Source: Octopus vulgaris (taxonomy: Eukaryota). Taken from it: 64,000 nt of DNA. A model generated the notes under the pieces. The model was not told the origin of the DNA and searched no databases. It saw nothing but the letters and a program-made list of their open reading frames with translations. The translations under genes and the position numbers were made by a program. Position 1 is the first letter of the stretch, and every line of letters begins with the position of its first letter. The stretch is taken from NCBI GenBank assembly GCA_951406725.2, contig OX597825.1, forward strand, positions 9,672,001 to 9,736,000. Reading direction: 5' to 3'. Shown here piece after piece: positions 1 to 13,559 of the stretch.

Positions 1-169
1 CGATACTGCTAGTCACTGATTAAATTAAAATAAGTTTTGTGGATTCGCTTTTAGAACATAAGTAGCGCTCGAATCATGGTACGCTGATTAGATACTGTAA
101 CAATAGCTTCTACTCAAAATATATCGTATATAAGATACTACGCACTGATATTCCTAAAAAAAGAAAAAA

Positions 170-401
170 TGTTCCTTCTCGAGCCATGCCAGTTTCCCAG
201 TTTCAATGGTGTAGAAATCCCCCACCTGGGCGGGACGCCGGTCCGTCGCAGGATTAATCATTTTTGCCAGCTGAGTGGACTGGAGCAACGTGAAATGAAA
301 TGTTTTGCTCAAGAACACAACACATCGCCCGGTCAAGGAATCGAAACCACAACCTTACGATCATGAGTTCAACACCCTTACCACTAACCACGTGCCTCCA
401 C
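170..401 (-). mobile_element. tRNA-derived SINE
   Basis: Head ggaggcacgtggttagtggt..ggtttcgattcc (Pol III A/B boxes); tail ggcatggctcgagaaggaaca shared with 26340-26642. Confidence 0.8.
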
Positions 402-1248
402 TAGTGATATTCATAAGTGGTCATGACTAACTTCAGATATTATCGACTACAAATTTCATTTTGTAGATTATATAAATGTCAACTTTTGCAGCTCGTCCTT
501 AGAAAATCACCCATACTTCCATTACTTCACCTCAGCTTCTATAACCATCATATAATTCCTCGGGTAAATAGAAACAACAGAAAATATTGTTACGAGGTAG
601 GATCACCATCAGTGTTTGCTTCATTAGGAGGAAACCTCAATTAATCGAATAATAAAACGTTTCGCGAACAGTGAGAATCAGAACGATGGCATACATATTC
701 ATTGATAATACGTTCGGGAAAATTCGAAAGTGAATTTGAATATCGCTTTTTGTATTTCATCATTGGAAAGCAGCTTCTTCCGGATGACTGTGTTTATCCC
801 ACACTCGATTCGTTAGCTTAAGGGGACGTTAGGATACTTAGTGTTACCGCATAGTTCTGTCTCTTGAGTCACGACTACTCCGGATTAATGAATTTAACGA
901 ATTATTTGCTGACGCTGCCAAAGAATAATAAACTTCCATGAGCGAGGGGAACAGTGAGAATTAGTACGATAAAATATATTCATGATTAATGCGTTCCCGC
1001 TCTATTTTTCATATTAATGCGCTTTTCCTACGATTTATGGACAATTAACTAATAATATACATAGATAAACAGAGAAAGAGAGAGTTTGATAACACAGAGA
1101 GAGATATATACATTTATGTATATATATATATATATATATATTCATATATGTGTGTGCATACTTCCATCTATATGTATGTGTATGTATGTATATATATATG
1201 TATATATATGTATATATATGTATATATATATATGTGTGTATATATATA

Positions 1249-1289
<41 letters not shown>

Positions 1290-1492
1290 ATATAAATATG
1301 TATATATAGATATACATATATACATATATGTGTATATATACACATACATACATATATACACACACATACATATACATATACTAGGGTGTTAGGAAATACC
1401 TACAGTGCTAGAAGTAATAGCTAAACCGCTGTAATGCTGTAGTTAACGCACTAACGGGGATAATTACCGTTGGAAAAATGCCGATCGAGAGT

Positions 1493-1545
1493 TTTTAATA
1501 CTGATGCGTCAGTTTCGGCAATTTCCATTGCGTCATCAGTTAAAA
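1493..1545 (-). ncRNA. Type I hammerhead ribozyme, inverted partner copy
   Basis: Reverse complement ttttaa-CTGATGA-cgcaat(ggaa)attgcc-GAAA-ctgac(gc)atcag-TA-ttaaaa; C-C mismatch closing stem II, one mismatch in stem III. Confidence 0.8.
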
Positions 1546-1730
1546 CCGCTCGAACGTTCGGTTCTTTCCGGACTCGCTTCGCCATTAGTATTTGAAACAT
1601 TACAAACTGCTGTTTATATTAATTTTATATATACACATTAACGAATTACTAAATCATCCAATAATTTGGATAATGAAAACATAAATACTAATGACGATGC
1701 GAGTCCGGTGAGAGTCAAACATTCGAGCAG

Positions 1731-1783
1731 TCTTAACTGATGAGGTAACGAAAATTGCCGAAACTGACGCGTCAGTATTAAGA
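1731..1783 (+). ncRNA. Type I hammerhead ribozyme, intact core
   Basis: tcttaa-CTGATGA-ggtaa(cgaaaa)ttgcc-GAAA-ctgac(gc)gtcag-TA-ttaaga: stems I, II and III all pair; predicted cleavage after GUA at 1777. Confidence 0.9.
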
Positions 1784-1982
1784 ATTCTCGATCGGCACTT
1801 TTCGGACGATTATGGTCCCTGTTAATGTATACGATTTCATTTATGTGCGTTAACTACAGTATTAGAGCGGTGTAACTCTTATTTCTAGCAATGTAGGTAT
1901 TTCCTAACACTTATCACATTTAGTGACATTTGTAATTCTCTTTGTTGGTGAAACATTGAAAACTGCTGTTTACATTAATTTT

Positions 1983-2050
<68 letters not shown>

Positions 2051-2058
2051 GGGGGGGC

Positions 2059-2175
2059 AGAATTCACGAAAAAAACAAAAGACGAAGACAGATGGTGTAG
2101 AAAACAAACAGATGTATTAGTATAACGTTCGGGAATTGAAAAATTCTTTAACGTTTCGAGCCTACGTTCTTCCAC

Positions 2176-2176
<1 letters not shown>
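2059..2176 (-). mobile_element. Short repeat with truncated minimal HHR-like motif
   Basis: Minus strand tgtggaagaacgtaggctcGAAACGTTaaaga; related to 46830-46955 and 13560/14575 elements; between microsatellites. Confidence 0.5.
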
Positions 2177-2229
<53 letters not shown>

Positions 2230-2252
<23 letters not shown>

Positions 2253-3120
2253 GACATTAACCGATGATTACTTAACCTACATTTGAAGATTTGGTCAGAA
2301 TAAAACCAATTTAATAGTATCAAGGTCTCCAGCTGTTAGCATACATTGATAAATTAAACTCTGCCTTGAACACTTATATCCTAGAAGACGTTTACAAAGG
2401 CGTTTATTAACGCCTGAGTTATAATTACAATTAAGAAGATTGGTGTTAACACTGCTATTAGACCTAAGTGTTAAAACGGTGTTACTAGCTGGGTTGTTAT
2501 TAATACTACTATGTGGTACGCTAAAAGTCCTATCAATTTCTCGATTGGAACTAATTGCACCTGAAGTTCCAAATATAGGTCGAGTTACACTAGCATCTAA
2601 TCCGTCATTAATGTACACATTATGGCCTAGATTACTGTTTACTGGCCGATGGGAAATAGCTATTCCTCTAAGAATAAACCACAGTTTTGTCATTGAAAGG
2701 TATGTGTCAAAAGACGTCAACGAAACTCCCAAGGGATTCCAAACAACACGAAAGAGAATGAAAGTATTCTAATCTATTCTGGAATCTGAATAGCAACTGT
2801 TTGTGTCCAGGAGACTTGCTTCTTATTTGCATTGTTAAAAGACTTTGCAATATCATTTACGACATTTTAATATCGTCATATTTCATTAGTGAACTCCACG
2901 AAATCATACAACTGTCTAGTTTTGACGATCTGACGAACCCAGTACCTGATTACTTAGTTAATTACTATGATTATAGCCATCACATGTTAGACATGACTTC
3001 GCAAAGTTGAATCATTTAGAATCCTGTCTTTTTGGATACTAAACTTTGGAAACCAGTAATCAATGTTTCTTAGAATAATATTAGTAAATGATGCCTTTGA
3101 GTAAACCAGGAGGAAATCTT
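2230..3120 (-). pseudogene. Decayed Penelope-like element ORF (linker + GIY-YIG endonuclease)
   Basis: Frameshifted minus-strand peptides FLRNIDYWFPK..ILNDSTLR, then LNCNY..LCKRLLGYKCSRQSLIYQC, YY*IG, FKCRLSNH, resembling the PLE linker/Cys-knuckle/GIY-YIG order. Confidence 0.6.
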
Positions 3121-3547
3121 TCTTTGATTACAGAGAATACTTAAAGTTAGATATTTGCATTGAAATATAATATGATCAAACACATCTTAGAAATCATATA
3201 TTTTATTCATGATAAGTTGATTAATACAAATAATGACGTCTTATATTGGCATAAGGCCACAAATTTGTAGCATGGTAAAGGCAATTGAATCGACTTCGGT
3301 TCATGACTAATACTTATTTTATCGACCAACGATCATAAAAGCAAAATACGACACGACTAGATTTCAAATAAGAACAGATGTAACTGTGCGGTTAAACATT
3401 CTTCGGAATTTTGATGTTCTGCGATCAGTCCTAATGTGCAGTGTCTAAAGTAAGTGTTTATTACCAAAGCATCGAGTTCAGGTCAAACAAAACTTTGGGA
3501 ATGGAATTTGGGAGACGTGGACAATACGGAAAGCCCATCAGATATCG

Positions 3548-3855
3548 TGGCACTCCGTCGGTTACGACGACGGGGGTTCCGCTTGATCCTGCTCGTGAAA
3601 TTAATGTGTAAGTCGCCGAGCACTCCACAGATACGTGTACCCTTAACGTATTTCCCGGGGAGATTCAGCGTTACACAAAGTGCGACAAGGTTGGCCCTTT
3701 GATTGAAATACATTTACAACAGAAACAGGTGGAAAGAGTGAGAGAAAGATGTGGTGAAACAATACAACAGGGTTCGCCACCACCACCACCCCCTGACGGA
3801 ACCTCGTGGAGCTTTATGTGTTTTCGCTCAATAAACCGTGATCCTACGATCACAA
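3548..3855 (-). mobile_element. SINE family C copy, head truncated
   Basis: Reverse-complement similarity to 39011-39391. Confidence 0.8.
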
Positions 3856-3869
3856 GTCATCTGCCCTAG

Positions 3870-4579
3870 CAGAAACGGTATGCTGTACACCTTGGCATTC
3901 GCACCCAGAAGCTTCAGTATGAACATTTCAGAGTGTTTGGGTATCAATCTGAGAACATGTACCGAGAGTGATAAAAATCGAACATCCACTCAGCATTATG
4001 GTGGTTGAAGTGATCGCTAATGATGGCAACGTTATGCTTACGTTTGTCTTCTCACAAAGCCCAAAACCTCAACTCGGAGGCCTACATCAAGTGCCTGGAG
4101 AAGGTAGTGTTGCCCTGGGTCAAGAGGGTGGTTGTTGGAAGACCCTATATTTGGCAACAGGATTCTGCACCATGCCACACAAGCAGAAGAACCTAGTCAT
4201 GGTTGTCAGACAATCTCTGCGACCAAATCACCCCTAACATCTAGCCACCTAACTCCTCTGACTGCAAGTAACTTTATTATGTGTGGATCGCAGTTGAGCG
4301 AGAGACCAACAAATCTCTTTGTAACAGTAAAGATGAACTGAAGGCAAGGATTATGGCAGAATTCACCAAATTAAACAAGGAGACCATCCAGAAGACTTGC
4401 AGGAGATTCCGAAGTTGTCTGGAGGCTGTGGTTGAAGCCAATGGTGATTTTATTGAATAAATTTACTCTTTAGTATTTCAAGATATTCTTATGTAATTTT
4501 GATATATATATCTGTTAAAATGAGATGTCAGTGTTATTTTTATTTTTGCATAAATTAGGCAACAGTTTATTGACTGCAC

Positions 4580-4583
<4 letters not shown>
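3870..4583 (+). mobile_element. Tc1/mariner (DD37D/maT-like) transposon 3' remnant
   Basis: Broken frames give WQQDSAPCHTSRRT, PPNSSDC, DELKARIMAEF..RFRSCLEAVVEANGDFIE*; ends gactgcactctg|TA (TIR end plus TA). Confidence 0.85.
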
Positions 4584-4627
<44 letters not shown>

Positions 4628-4744
4628 CATACATACATACATACATACATAATACATACATATATACATGAACATATACATACATATCACACATACATAT
4701 ACATATAATCACACATATATATGTACATATACATACAGACACAT

Positions 4745-4833
<89 letters not shown>

Positions 4834-7800
4834 TATTTTGTGTATTTCGTTGGTGTTAATGGCAATTATCATGCATTAGATGTCATTTAGGTCGGAACTT
4901 TTGAATTCAAAGTGAAATATATCACGATCGGCTTCGAGAGTAAGTCTTTGCATAATAAATATTTTCTGTTTCGCTGACATTGTATAAATGTTAAACTTAG
5001 CGAAGGTGATAGCTGTATATTTCCAATAAGTCAACTATGATAATTTATGTGATATTTCAACCAGGTTTGAGAAAACGCATATCAAATAAAATCTTAATGC
5101 TAATTAAGGCCAATTGTATAGCAAATGGCAAAAACGAATGTTATTATAACTGAAAGTAGGAGACAAAACATAAGAAAGAAACGACACCTCGTTATTTAAA
5201 CGCATTGAATATGTTTTGAGGGGTTTTTTGCTGGGGTTTTTTTACATTATTTTGTGTAAATCAGTTGATTTTATTACGTTATTCAGAGTGACTGAGAAAT
5301 ACTTGCCTGGTATTTAACTGACGGTGATATTTCTTCTTTATAGTGAAAACTTGTTCATAGTTGAAGGAAATCTTTATTTAAAAGCCAATGTAGAGTGGGT
5401 TGCAGGGTAAGACTTCTTTGTTATGAAAACAAGAGAATAGGTTCTAAAGGTTTATAATTTCAAATTAATTTAAATTGTTGAGACGGATCTAAGAATCATA
5501 TAAGAACATTCTGTTGATTAAAATAATTTTGTACTTATAATGAAATGATTAATAGAAAGATAATGGCTTTACGTCAGTTAAGCGCATCTACAGGATAGAT
5601 TAGAGAATGGTTTTTGAGGGACCCTTTAAAACAGACATGAGAAGTGCAAGCCCCATGCGTTGCCGGGGTGGGGGCGTCAGATTCTGTTGAAGCTCCATCA
5701 TATTATGTATGCATATATAATGTACATATACATTTAAATACGCATTGAACAGTTGATGAATTCATTTCAAAAATTGAGAACCTCTTCGATCTAAACCATC
5801 GATAACCAAGCAAACTGTGCGTACTAAGAATTCATACAAATAACATGAGATAATTCGAACATTGAGTATGTGTTGTTGTTGTTGTTGTCTAGTTCGGGGT
5901 AAAAATCTCATCAAGCGTGCACACTTGTCATCAAAGCACTTCAGCCATTCTGTCATTTATATACAATTTATCTCAAACTGTATGCGTGAATTCCGTTTCC
6001 TTTTTTTAAAGATTAATACCATTGTTATCATTGCAGACTCTTCTCAGTTTTCTCAGATTCCAGATTTTAAACTATCCTGTTTTCTGAAGAATTAAAGTAT
6101 TTCTGAGAATATGGGTTTATCCTACTTCGTTTCGTTTGGCTCATAGAATATTGGCCAACCAGAGGTCAGAGTAAAAAGGCCTTACTCAAGGTGCCGTGCA
6201 ATCAAGATTGAATAGGGAACCTTATGGTTACGAAATATGTTCATAAAATTGTGTTGTCACTCGAAAGCAAATTCAAAAGCTTGTTTTCGTTGGCAGCCAT
6301 TTAAGTCCAAGCCGATAATGCAGAAGTTGAGCAAAAGAAACATTACAAGACATCCGTGCGCCATCTTTTCTCAGACTAATCAGTAAGTAACACCTGAACC
6401 ACGCTGATACACGTCAACGAAACGAATAAACAAAGAAATGTTAAGACACGCTAATGCCATCTTTCGGGCCAATTAGTTATTCGCATCGATGTTATTTACA
6501 TCATTCTTTGCCGGTGACACAGACTAAACAAACGGATGGAAAACTGACAAGAATTGCTAAATCATAAGAAGCAGAAAATTGACTTATTCAAGATGTTCTA
6601 TCAGTCATCGATGGCCTTAATTGTCTCGGTACACACAGCAGCGATAGACAGCAAACCAGACATGAAATATTTTACGTAGTAGCAAAACGCAACAAAATAG
6701 TTGACACAGACAACAAAGCAGCTATGGAAACATTAAGTCAGATACAGTTTTTATTAGTTATTCAGATAGCCTCACACAGAATACATTATTGATTGATTTT
6801 ACTCTCATCGATGAAGAGAGGCAACTTGGAAGGTATCGACTAAATAACCCAGGGAGTGAAACCAAAAACCAAGAGTAGTCCAACTATCTGTCTTTTCTCT
6901 CACTTCACCTTCCTAAACACTGCATTGAGAGTAGTCGTTTGATCTGCAAAGAATAATTGGCAAATTCCCTAGATTCTTTAACAACTTTAAAAGAACTCGT
7001 TTGTAGTGAAGGATTGTCACCAATGGAACCTCTTTGATCACAGGTCCCACATCAAGCACGTTCGCATGGGAGTAAACATTAACAATTGACTAAATAAGGT
7101 GTTATTTCTTAGCTTGTAACCGTAACCTCAAATCCCAACAATCGTTCTCTTCCTGTGCCCCTAATACCAGTGAAACAGATCAGGTCCTTGTTTGACCAAT
7201 CCCTACATCTTTGCCAAAATTAATTTTATAATTTTATGTGAATTGTTCTTAGTTTGTAATTTACTAAAACATTGTAGAAATGTTAAATCATGAAGAATGT
7301 TCATGTTGCAAAGAGAAAATGTCGCCTTGGTTTTTCGTTTAATATGCATTGGCGAGAAATAACTCTATCGTGATATACATCCTCTTCAGTTGCCAATTTT
7401 GTTCCTGCTGGGATGTATTATAAATAAAAATTAAGATATTGTTTTCTAAAGAATCTCGTCTTTAGTATGTTTTTAATACAGAGATAAAACCGTTGTTTGC
7501 TTAGAGTTAGTTCCTCGCAGTTTGGAAAGGATTCAAAAACTTTCTAATTAGTATATGAATCATGTCGTATTAGTTGGCTCGAATTGGTATGCAAATGCGT
7601 TCATGGGCGGAAATGACCTGAATTCGATTAATAGACCCAGAAGACTTTGTAATTTTTCAGTCGACTCAATTCGACAAGGCTTCATTCTCGGAAGTCTTTC
7701 GACAGAAGAGTTATTATTAATGCAGTCAGCGAAGCACTGCTAACTACGGAATATAAATATGCTGGATACCTCTGGGAAATAGTTCTGTACTTATCACAGT

Positions 7801-8489
7801 AAAAGCAACACATATTTGCAATCAAATTCAAGTTAATAATAGGAAAACAGAAAAATGCCAAACTTTATCTCGGTTCTCACAGACAGTTGTTTGTCTATTC
7901 CACTCGCCAACTCCTTCCAGTTTTCTCCACCGAACCCCCACCTAACCATCGCATTCCTATCTATCTCCCTCGCGTTCCCTTTCTCTCGTTTCTATCTTTT
8001 TCTTTCCCCTTTCTCTCTTTCTCCTTTTCGATTTCTATTCTAAAGACACGTATTATACTTTATATATCCCAGAGAGGTGGGAAGTAATCAGAAGCTGAAT
8101 GCGAGATGTTTTGTTTGTCGCCTATTCAGGTATCTAGCGAACAAATCCGGTAACTTTGTCTGTTTATACATGTAATAAATTAGCCAATGAAAAACCACTT
8201 AATTTTATATTTGTTCTATTGTCAAGTCTACGTGTGTAATACTAGTTGATTTCGATTGTCTCAGGCAGCTTTGTAAAGATCGCATTCTTCAGCAGTGAAT
8301 TGTTAAGAGGATAAGTCATTTGGAAAGGAATCACAACTCTCAAGATTTTGAACACTGATATTTTCTTGAAATTGATGTTTTCGATATAAACACAAAGCCA
8401 ACTTGAGAAAAGCCAATGAAAGTCGATTAGATTATATTCGTACATCGCTGTTTTATATACATATGTGCGTGTGTATGTATATATATGTG

Positions 8490-8562
<73 letters not shown>

Positions 8563-8726
8563 CTTGGAAAAGGATGCGTGGCGTTCGATAATATAAATGA
8601 TAAATAAATATATGCATATATACATACCTACATATATGTACATATATGTATGAATATATGCATATATTTATATATTATTTATATTATTATATAAAAATAC
8701 ATACACATACATACATATACATACAT

Positions 8727-8769
<43 letters not shown>

Positions 8770-8782
8770 TACATATATATAT

Positions 8783-8830
<48 letters not shown>

Positions 8831-9365
8831 CCAAAACTGGTGGTATAAACTGTAAAATGAACACCAGTGATATTTCAAAATGAGGATATAGGGGAAAAAT
8901 GAGTTTGGTATTTTCTTCCTTTTTGCTTCACTGCCATCAAAGTATATTGATTATTTTCAAAAGTATTTTTTTAAAAATTATTTCAAAACCATTCAAATGT
9001 CGATAAAAGTTTTGTATGGTTGGGAAATTAGCTTTGCAATGCCATGGTTCTAAGTACAATCTCACTGGGAAACATCTGAGGAAGGAGTTTTCTGTTGAAG
9101 TCTCAGGAGTAAATTTTGGCTATTACACTTGTCTCTCTTTAAAGAAGGACTACTCATTGAAGTAATACAAATCAAACCTCGTATTTCTTTTTCTTTTTTT
9201 AAGCTTGGCATTTATACCATCATTCTCTTTTGCTGAACCGCTAAGTTACGAGGACGTAAAACAAACTAGCACCGATTGTCAAGCGATAGAGCGAATGCCA
9301 AAGAGACACAAACACACACACATACATACTCACTTATACACACACACACGCGCACACACACGCAC

Positions 9366-9416
<51 letters not shown>

Positions 9417-9487
9417 ATCGTAACCAAAAGTTTGGAACATTTTTCAAAAAATCAAAATTATAATGCCCAATTCGTATTATGCCCATA

Positions 9488-9895
9488 GGCGTAGGAGTGG
9501 CTGTGTGGTAAGTAGCTTGCTTACGAACCACACGATTCCAGGTTCAGTCCAATTGCGTGGCACCTTGGGCAAGTGTCTTCTACTATAGCCTTAGGCAGAC
9601 CAAAGCCTTGTGAGTGGATTTGGTAGACGGAAACTGAAAGAATCCCGTCGTATATATGTATATATATATGCGGGGGGGTGTATATGTTTGTGTGTCTGTG
9701 TTTGTTCCCTCCAACATCACTTGACAACCGACGCTGGTGTGTTTACATCCTCGTAACTTAACGGTTCAGCAAAAAGAGACCGATAGAATAAGTACTAGGC
9801 TTACAAAGAATAAGTCCTGGGGCCGATTTGCTCGACCAAAGGCGGTGCTCCAGCATGGGTACAGTCACATGACTAAAACAAGTAAAAGAGTAAAA
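9488..9895 (+). mobile_element. SINE family A, full length
   Basis: tRNA-like head ggcgtaggagtggctgtgtggtaag..ggttcagtcc, accttgggcaagtg, internal TA/TG tract, gtaaaaga tail repeats. Confidence 0.9.
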
Positions 9896-10049
9896 AAGAT
9901 AGTAATTCGATTTAAATATATACAACAGGCATTTGTATATATGGCATATACAACAGGCATATATATTAACAGGCATTTAATATAGAAATGCTAATTTTCA
10001 CATCTATGTGCCAAACCTAATGTAATTAGCACATCCTTTCCAATAGCAA

Positions 10050-10242
10050 TGTTTGGCAGTATTTCGTCTGCCGTTACGTTCTGAGTTCAAATTCCGCCGA
10101 GGTCGACTTTGCCTTTCATCCTTTCGGGGTCGATAAATTTAGTACCAGTTACGCACTGCGATCGATGTAATCGACTTAATATCTTTGTCTGTCCTTGTTT
10201 GTCCTCTCTATGTTTAGCCCCTTGTGAGCAATAAAGAAATAA
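10050..10242 (+). mobile_element. SINE family B, 5' truncated
   Basis: gttcaaattccgccgaggtcgactttgcctttcatcctttcggggtcgataaa...tttagccccttgtg..aataaagaaat. Confidence 0.85.
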
Positions 10243-10827
10243 ACTTTGACGAATTAATTTCACTGTTTCGATATACTCCCTATTTCAGTTTTTCTTTTAA
10301 GTAGATATATAAGAAAATTCTTGTAATACAGCATATTTTATTACCATTTCATTATTATCGTTAATATCATTATTGATATTTCTTTTTTTTTCACACTTCT
10401 GCAATCCACTAGACTACTGCTTATCTTTCGTTAAAGAAGCGTTAAGCTTTTATAATACCAGCTTAAGTTCTCAAATACATCGCCATGCATTGCGTGCAGA
10501 TATAAAAGAAAGACTTAGCTTGCTAAATAAAACTGCCAAACAGGAATAAAAACTCTTAGAAAAACTAAGCTTTAAAAACAATGAAATAAAGACAAATTAT
10601 TCATAGCATTCACAGACAACAAATACCGTCAAACAAAATCGTCCACCAGCGTGTGAATAATTTTATGAGGGCGACGAGCTGGCAGAATCGGTAGCATGAC
10701 GGGCAAAATATTCAGCATTAGGGTCGATGTAATTTATTTATGCCTTCCCCTGAAATTGCTGGCCTTGTGCCAAAATCTGAAACCAATATTTGGTTAAATT
10801 TATTGGTTTATTCAAGAGAGATGTCTA

Positions 10828-10873
<46 letters not shown>

Positions 10874-10876
<3 letters not shown>

Positions 10877-11296
10877 AATAATGAGGGAGATAAATTAATA
10901 TTAACATTTGCCAATATTAACTTAAAACCAGCAGCCTAGCATACAAAATCTGAAAAATCAGAGAAAATTCTAATACATGTGTATATTGAAAAGGGCAAGA
11001 CCGCTAGGTGGTCGGCCGTATGCTAGAAATAGATCACCAACGATCAAACTACAAAGAATGTTCTCTAGAGGAAAATTAAGCGAACACCAGAACAATTAGG
11101 CGGACAAGACAGATGAAAATTATATAAAATTATTATAAAATTCTGTTTTTTTATATAATTTCCATCTGTCTTGCCCGCCTAATTTTTCTGGTGTTCGCTT
11201 AATTTTCCTCTAGAGAACATTCTTTGTAGCTTGATCGTTGGTGATCTATTTCTAGCATACGGCTGACTACCTAGCGGTCTTGCCCTTTGAATATAC
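10874..11296. mobile_element. Inverted-repeat element (~150 bp arms), no HHR at centre
   Basis: 10981-~11128 is reverse-complementary to ~11148-11296; arm resembles the sequence downstream of the HHR at 36737; TA flanks. Confidence 0.75.
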
Positions 11297-11297
11297 C

Positions 11298-11347
<50 letters not shown>

Positions 11348-11355
<8 letters not shown>

Positions 11356-11845
11356 GTGAAATGGAAGAAATGGAGTTGAACGAAGATTGTACAGAATTCC
11401 TTTTATTACATTCTACACATGTTTCAAAGGCCACAATTTTCCAAATTCTGATTAAATAAGGATACCATATTGCAGCTTTCTCTTCAGAAATTGTTCGAAT
11501 TGCTTTGCTGCGTCTTTGTTTTGTTTTGTTCTGACAACGTAATTCCTGGTTTTTCCTGAAGAGAAAACTGCAATATGGTATCCTTATTTAATCAGAATTT
11601 GGAAAATTGTGGCCTTTGAAACATGTGTAGAATGTAATAAAAGGAATTCTGTACAATCTTCGTTCAACTCCATTTCTTCCATTCACTAATTATATTAAAC
11701 TTCAATTATCCGCACCAACGCACGGTTGCAACACCATATGGTCTTATCTCCAACCGTGTTTTTTCTGCTGTGATTTTAGCTACCCAGGTATCGGTTAAAC
11801 TTTTGAATAATCCGTAACAAGATAATTCATCTTTCCATTTCAACA

Positions 11846-11848
<3 letters not shown>
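11348..11848. mobile_element. Inverted-repeat HHR element
   Basis: Near-perfect arms 11348-11490 / 11553-11694 plus a one-sided extension homologous to 16415-16560; (TA)n both sides. Confidence 0.8.
11553..11632 (+). ncRNA. HHR with extended stem II (mirror copy 11411-11490 on minus)
   Basis: ttc-CTGAAGA-gaaaactgcaat...attgtggccttt-GAAA-catgtg-TA-gaa. Confidence 0.7.
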
Positions 11849-11890
<42 letters not shown>

Positions 11891-12179
11891 GCATCCTATA
11901 TAATCAACTATATATAGTAATTGACCATATAAATACAGGGTGAAAATTAATGAGACTCCAGTCATACATCGCTTAGATAATTGTTTCAAATTTTAGCACA
12001 ACGCCAACAATTTTCATTAGAGGAAGTTTGTCGATTACTTTGACACCAATGCTTAGCTAGTACTTTACTTTATCGATCAGAAGTTGAAAGGTAAAGTTGA
12101 CCACGACGGTATTTCAGTTCAGAATGTGAAGCACCGGAAAAAATGCCGCTAAGCATTTTGTCCGGTACGGTAACGATTA

Positions 12180-12407
12180 TTATTTCTTTATTGCCCACAA
12201 GGGGTTAAACACAGAGGGGACAAACAAGACAAATGGATTAAGTCGATTATATCAATCTCAGTGCGTAACTGGTACTTAATTTATCGACCCCGAAAGGATG
12301 AAAGGCTAACTCGAGCACGGCGGAACTTGAACTCAGAACGTAGCGGCAGACGAAATACCGCTAAGCATTTCGCCCAGCGTGCTAACGTTTCTGCCAGCTC
12401 GCCGCCT
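12180..12407 (-). mobile_element. SINE family B, full length (older variant adjacent at ~11980-12180)
   Basis: Head ggcggcgagctggcagaaacgttagc on minus strand; tail aataaagaaata. Confidence 0.85.
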
Positions 12408-13462
12408 CACGTCGTTTGAATGATTGTAAAAACTATACATCATTATATCAGAGCATAAAACTGCCAAATTTTTTTTTTGTAAAGCAGAACTATCCACATT
12501 CGTTTTATTTTGTTTGTTGTAGATATTGATTTTTTTTGTTTTGGCTTTGTTATAAAGTCCATATTCTAACAATTATGGACATGTGCCTCACATAACCAAT
12601 TCTAGTGGTGAGGCATTAGAGAGAAGCCTTCACTTTCTTGGTGCACATCCAAGTCAGGTGTAGTTTGGTTATATTCACGAAAGAAGGTGAACACATTATA
12701 GCAATTAATAAAACAAATATGTCATTATGAGCAAATGCTGCTCTTTGCTGTTGCTCAACCTGCGAGACACAGCAAACAATTCTTCCTTAAATAAAACTTT
12801 CCTGTTTTAAAGATAAATAAAAACATTAAATACTCTAGTCTGAGACAGAATGTCACAAAATAAGACATGTCAACTATTGCTGGAACGTCGGGAATTGTAG
12901 ATCTGCTAAATCAAGGCTGATGAGATAAACAACAATAACACCTGCCAATTTTACTATACTCCCGCCGTCTATATAGACTGCAGGAGCTGTTCGCATAATA
13001 CGATACCCATTTAAATCTAGTTCGATTTATTCATTATGTCATTGTATTTATCTTCTGTTTGGTGGTTAGAACATGTCCGGAGTTTTTCCGTGAATCCTTT
13101 TTAAAATGTAATTTGTTTGTAAATAATTTGGTATAGAGTCCAAGGTGTTAGAGAGAAAGAGAGGGGGTGTGGTTGTCTATTGTCTAAAAAAGTCTCTGAG
13201 AGTTCCTGCTGAGCGAGCGGCTTAAAAGCATTTATTGAATGGGTTTTATGTCAGCTGCGTGTGGGTGGGTTCTGTTGAATGTCCTTTCAATAAGTTTGGA
13301 ACACGACCAGCTGTGTGTTAATAGATGTGTATATTGTAATAAATGTCTTGTCAAGAATTCTATTAAGGAATGAAGGTTTTCCTTCTTTTTTGGTGTGTGT
13401 ATGTTTGTACTATGATATTTTCTTTGGGGAGACTCCGGTTATGTATGTGTGTGGGTGGGTAT

Positions 13463-13495
<33 letters not shown>

Positions 13496-13496
13496 G

Positions 13497-13557
<61 letters not shown>

Positions 13558-13559
13558 AA

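Larger units (their letters stand above)
1386..1983. mobile_element. Inverted-repeat HHR element (Penelope pLTR-like, non-autonomous)
   Basis: Diverged arms ~1386-1592 and ~1685-1910 are reverse complements, each with an HHR; ~34 bp direct repeat at ~1593 and ~1950; flanked by TA/CA tracts. Confidence 0.75.

Noticed and set aside
666-996. Diverged ~50 bp direct repeat gaacagtgagaat.. at ~666 and ~949
   Set aside because: Too short and degenerate to assign.
13030-13440. Possible retroelement fragment
   Set aside because: No motif I could identify.
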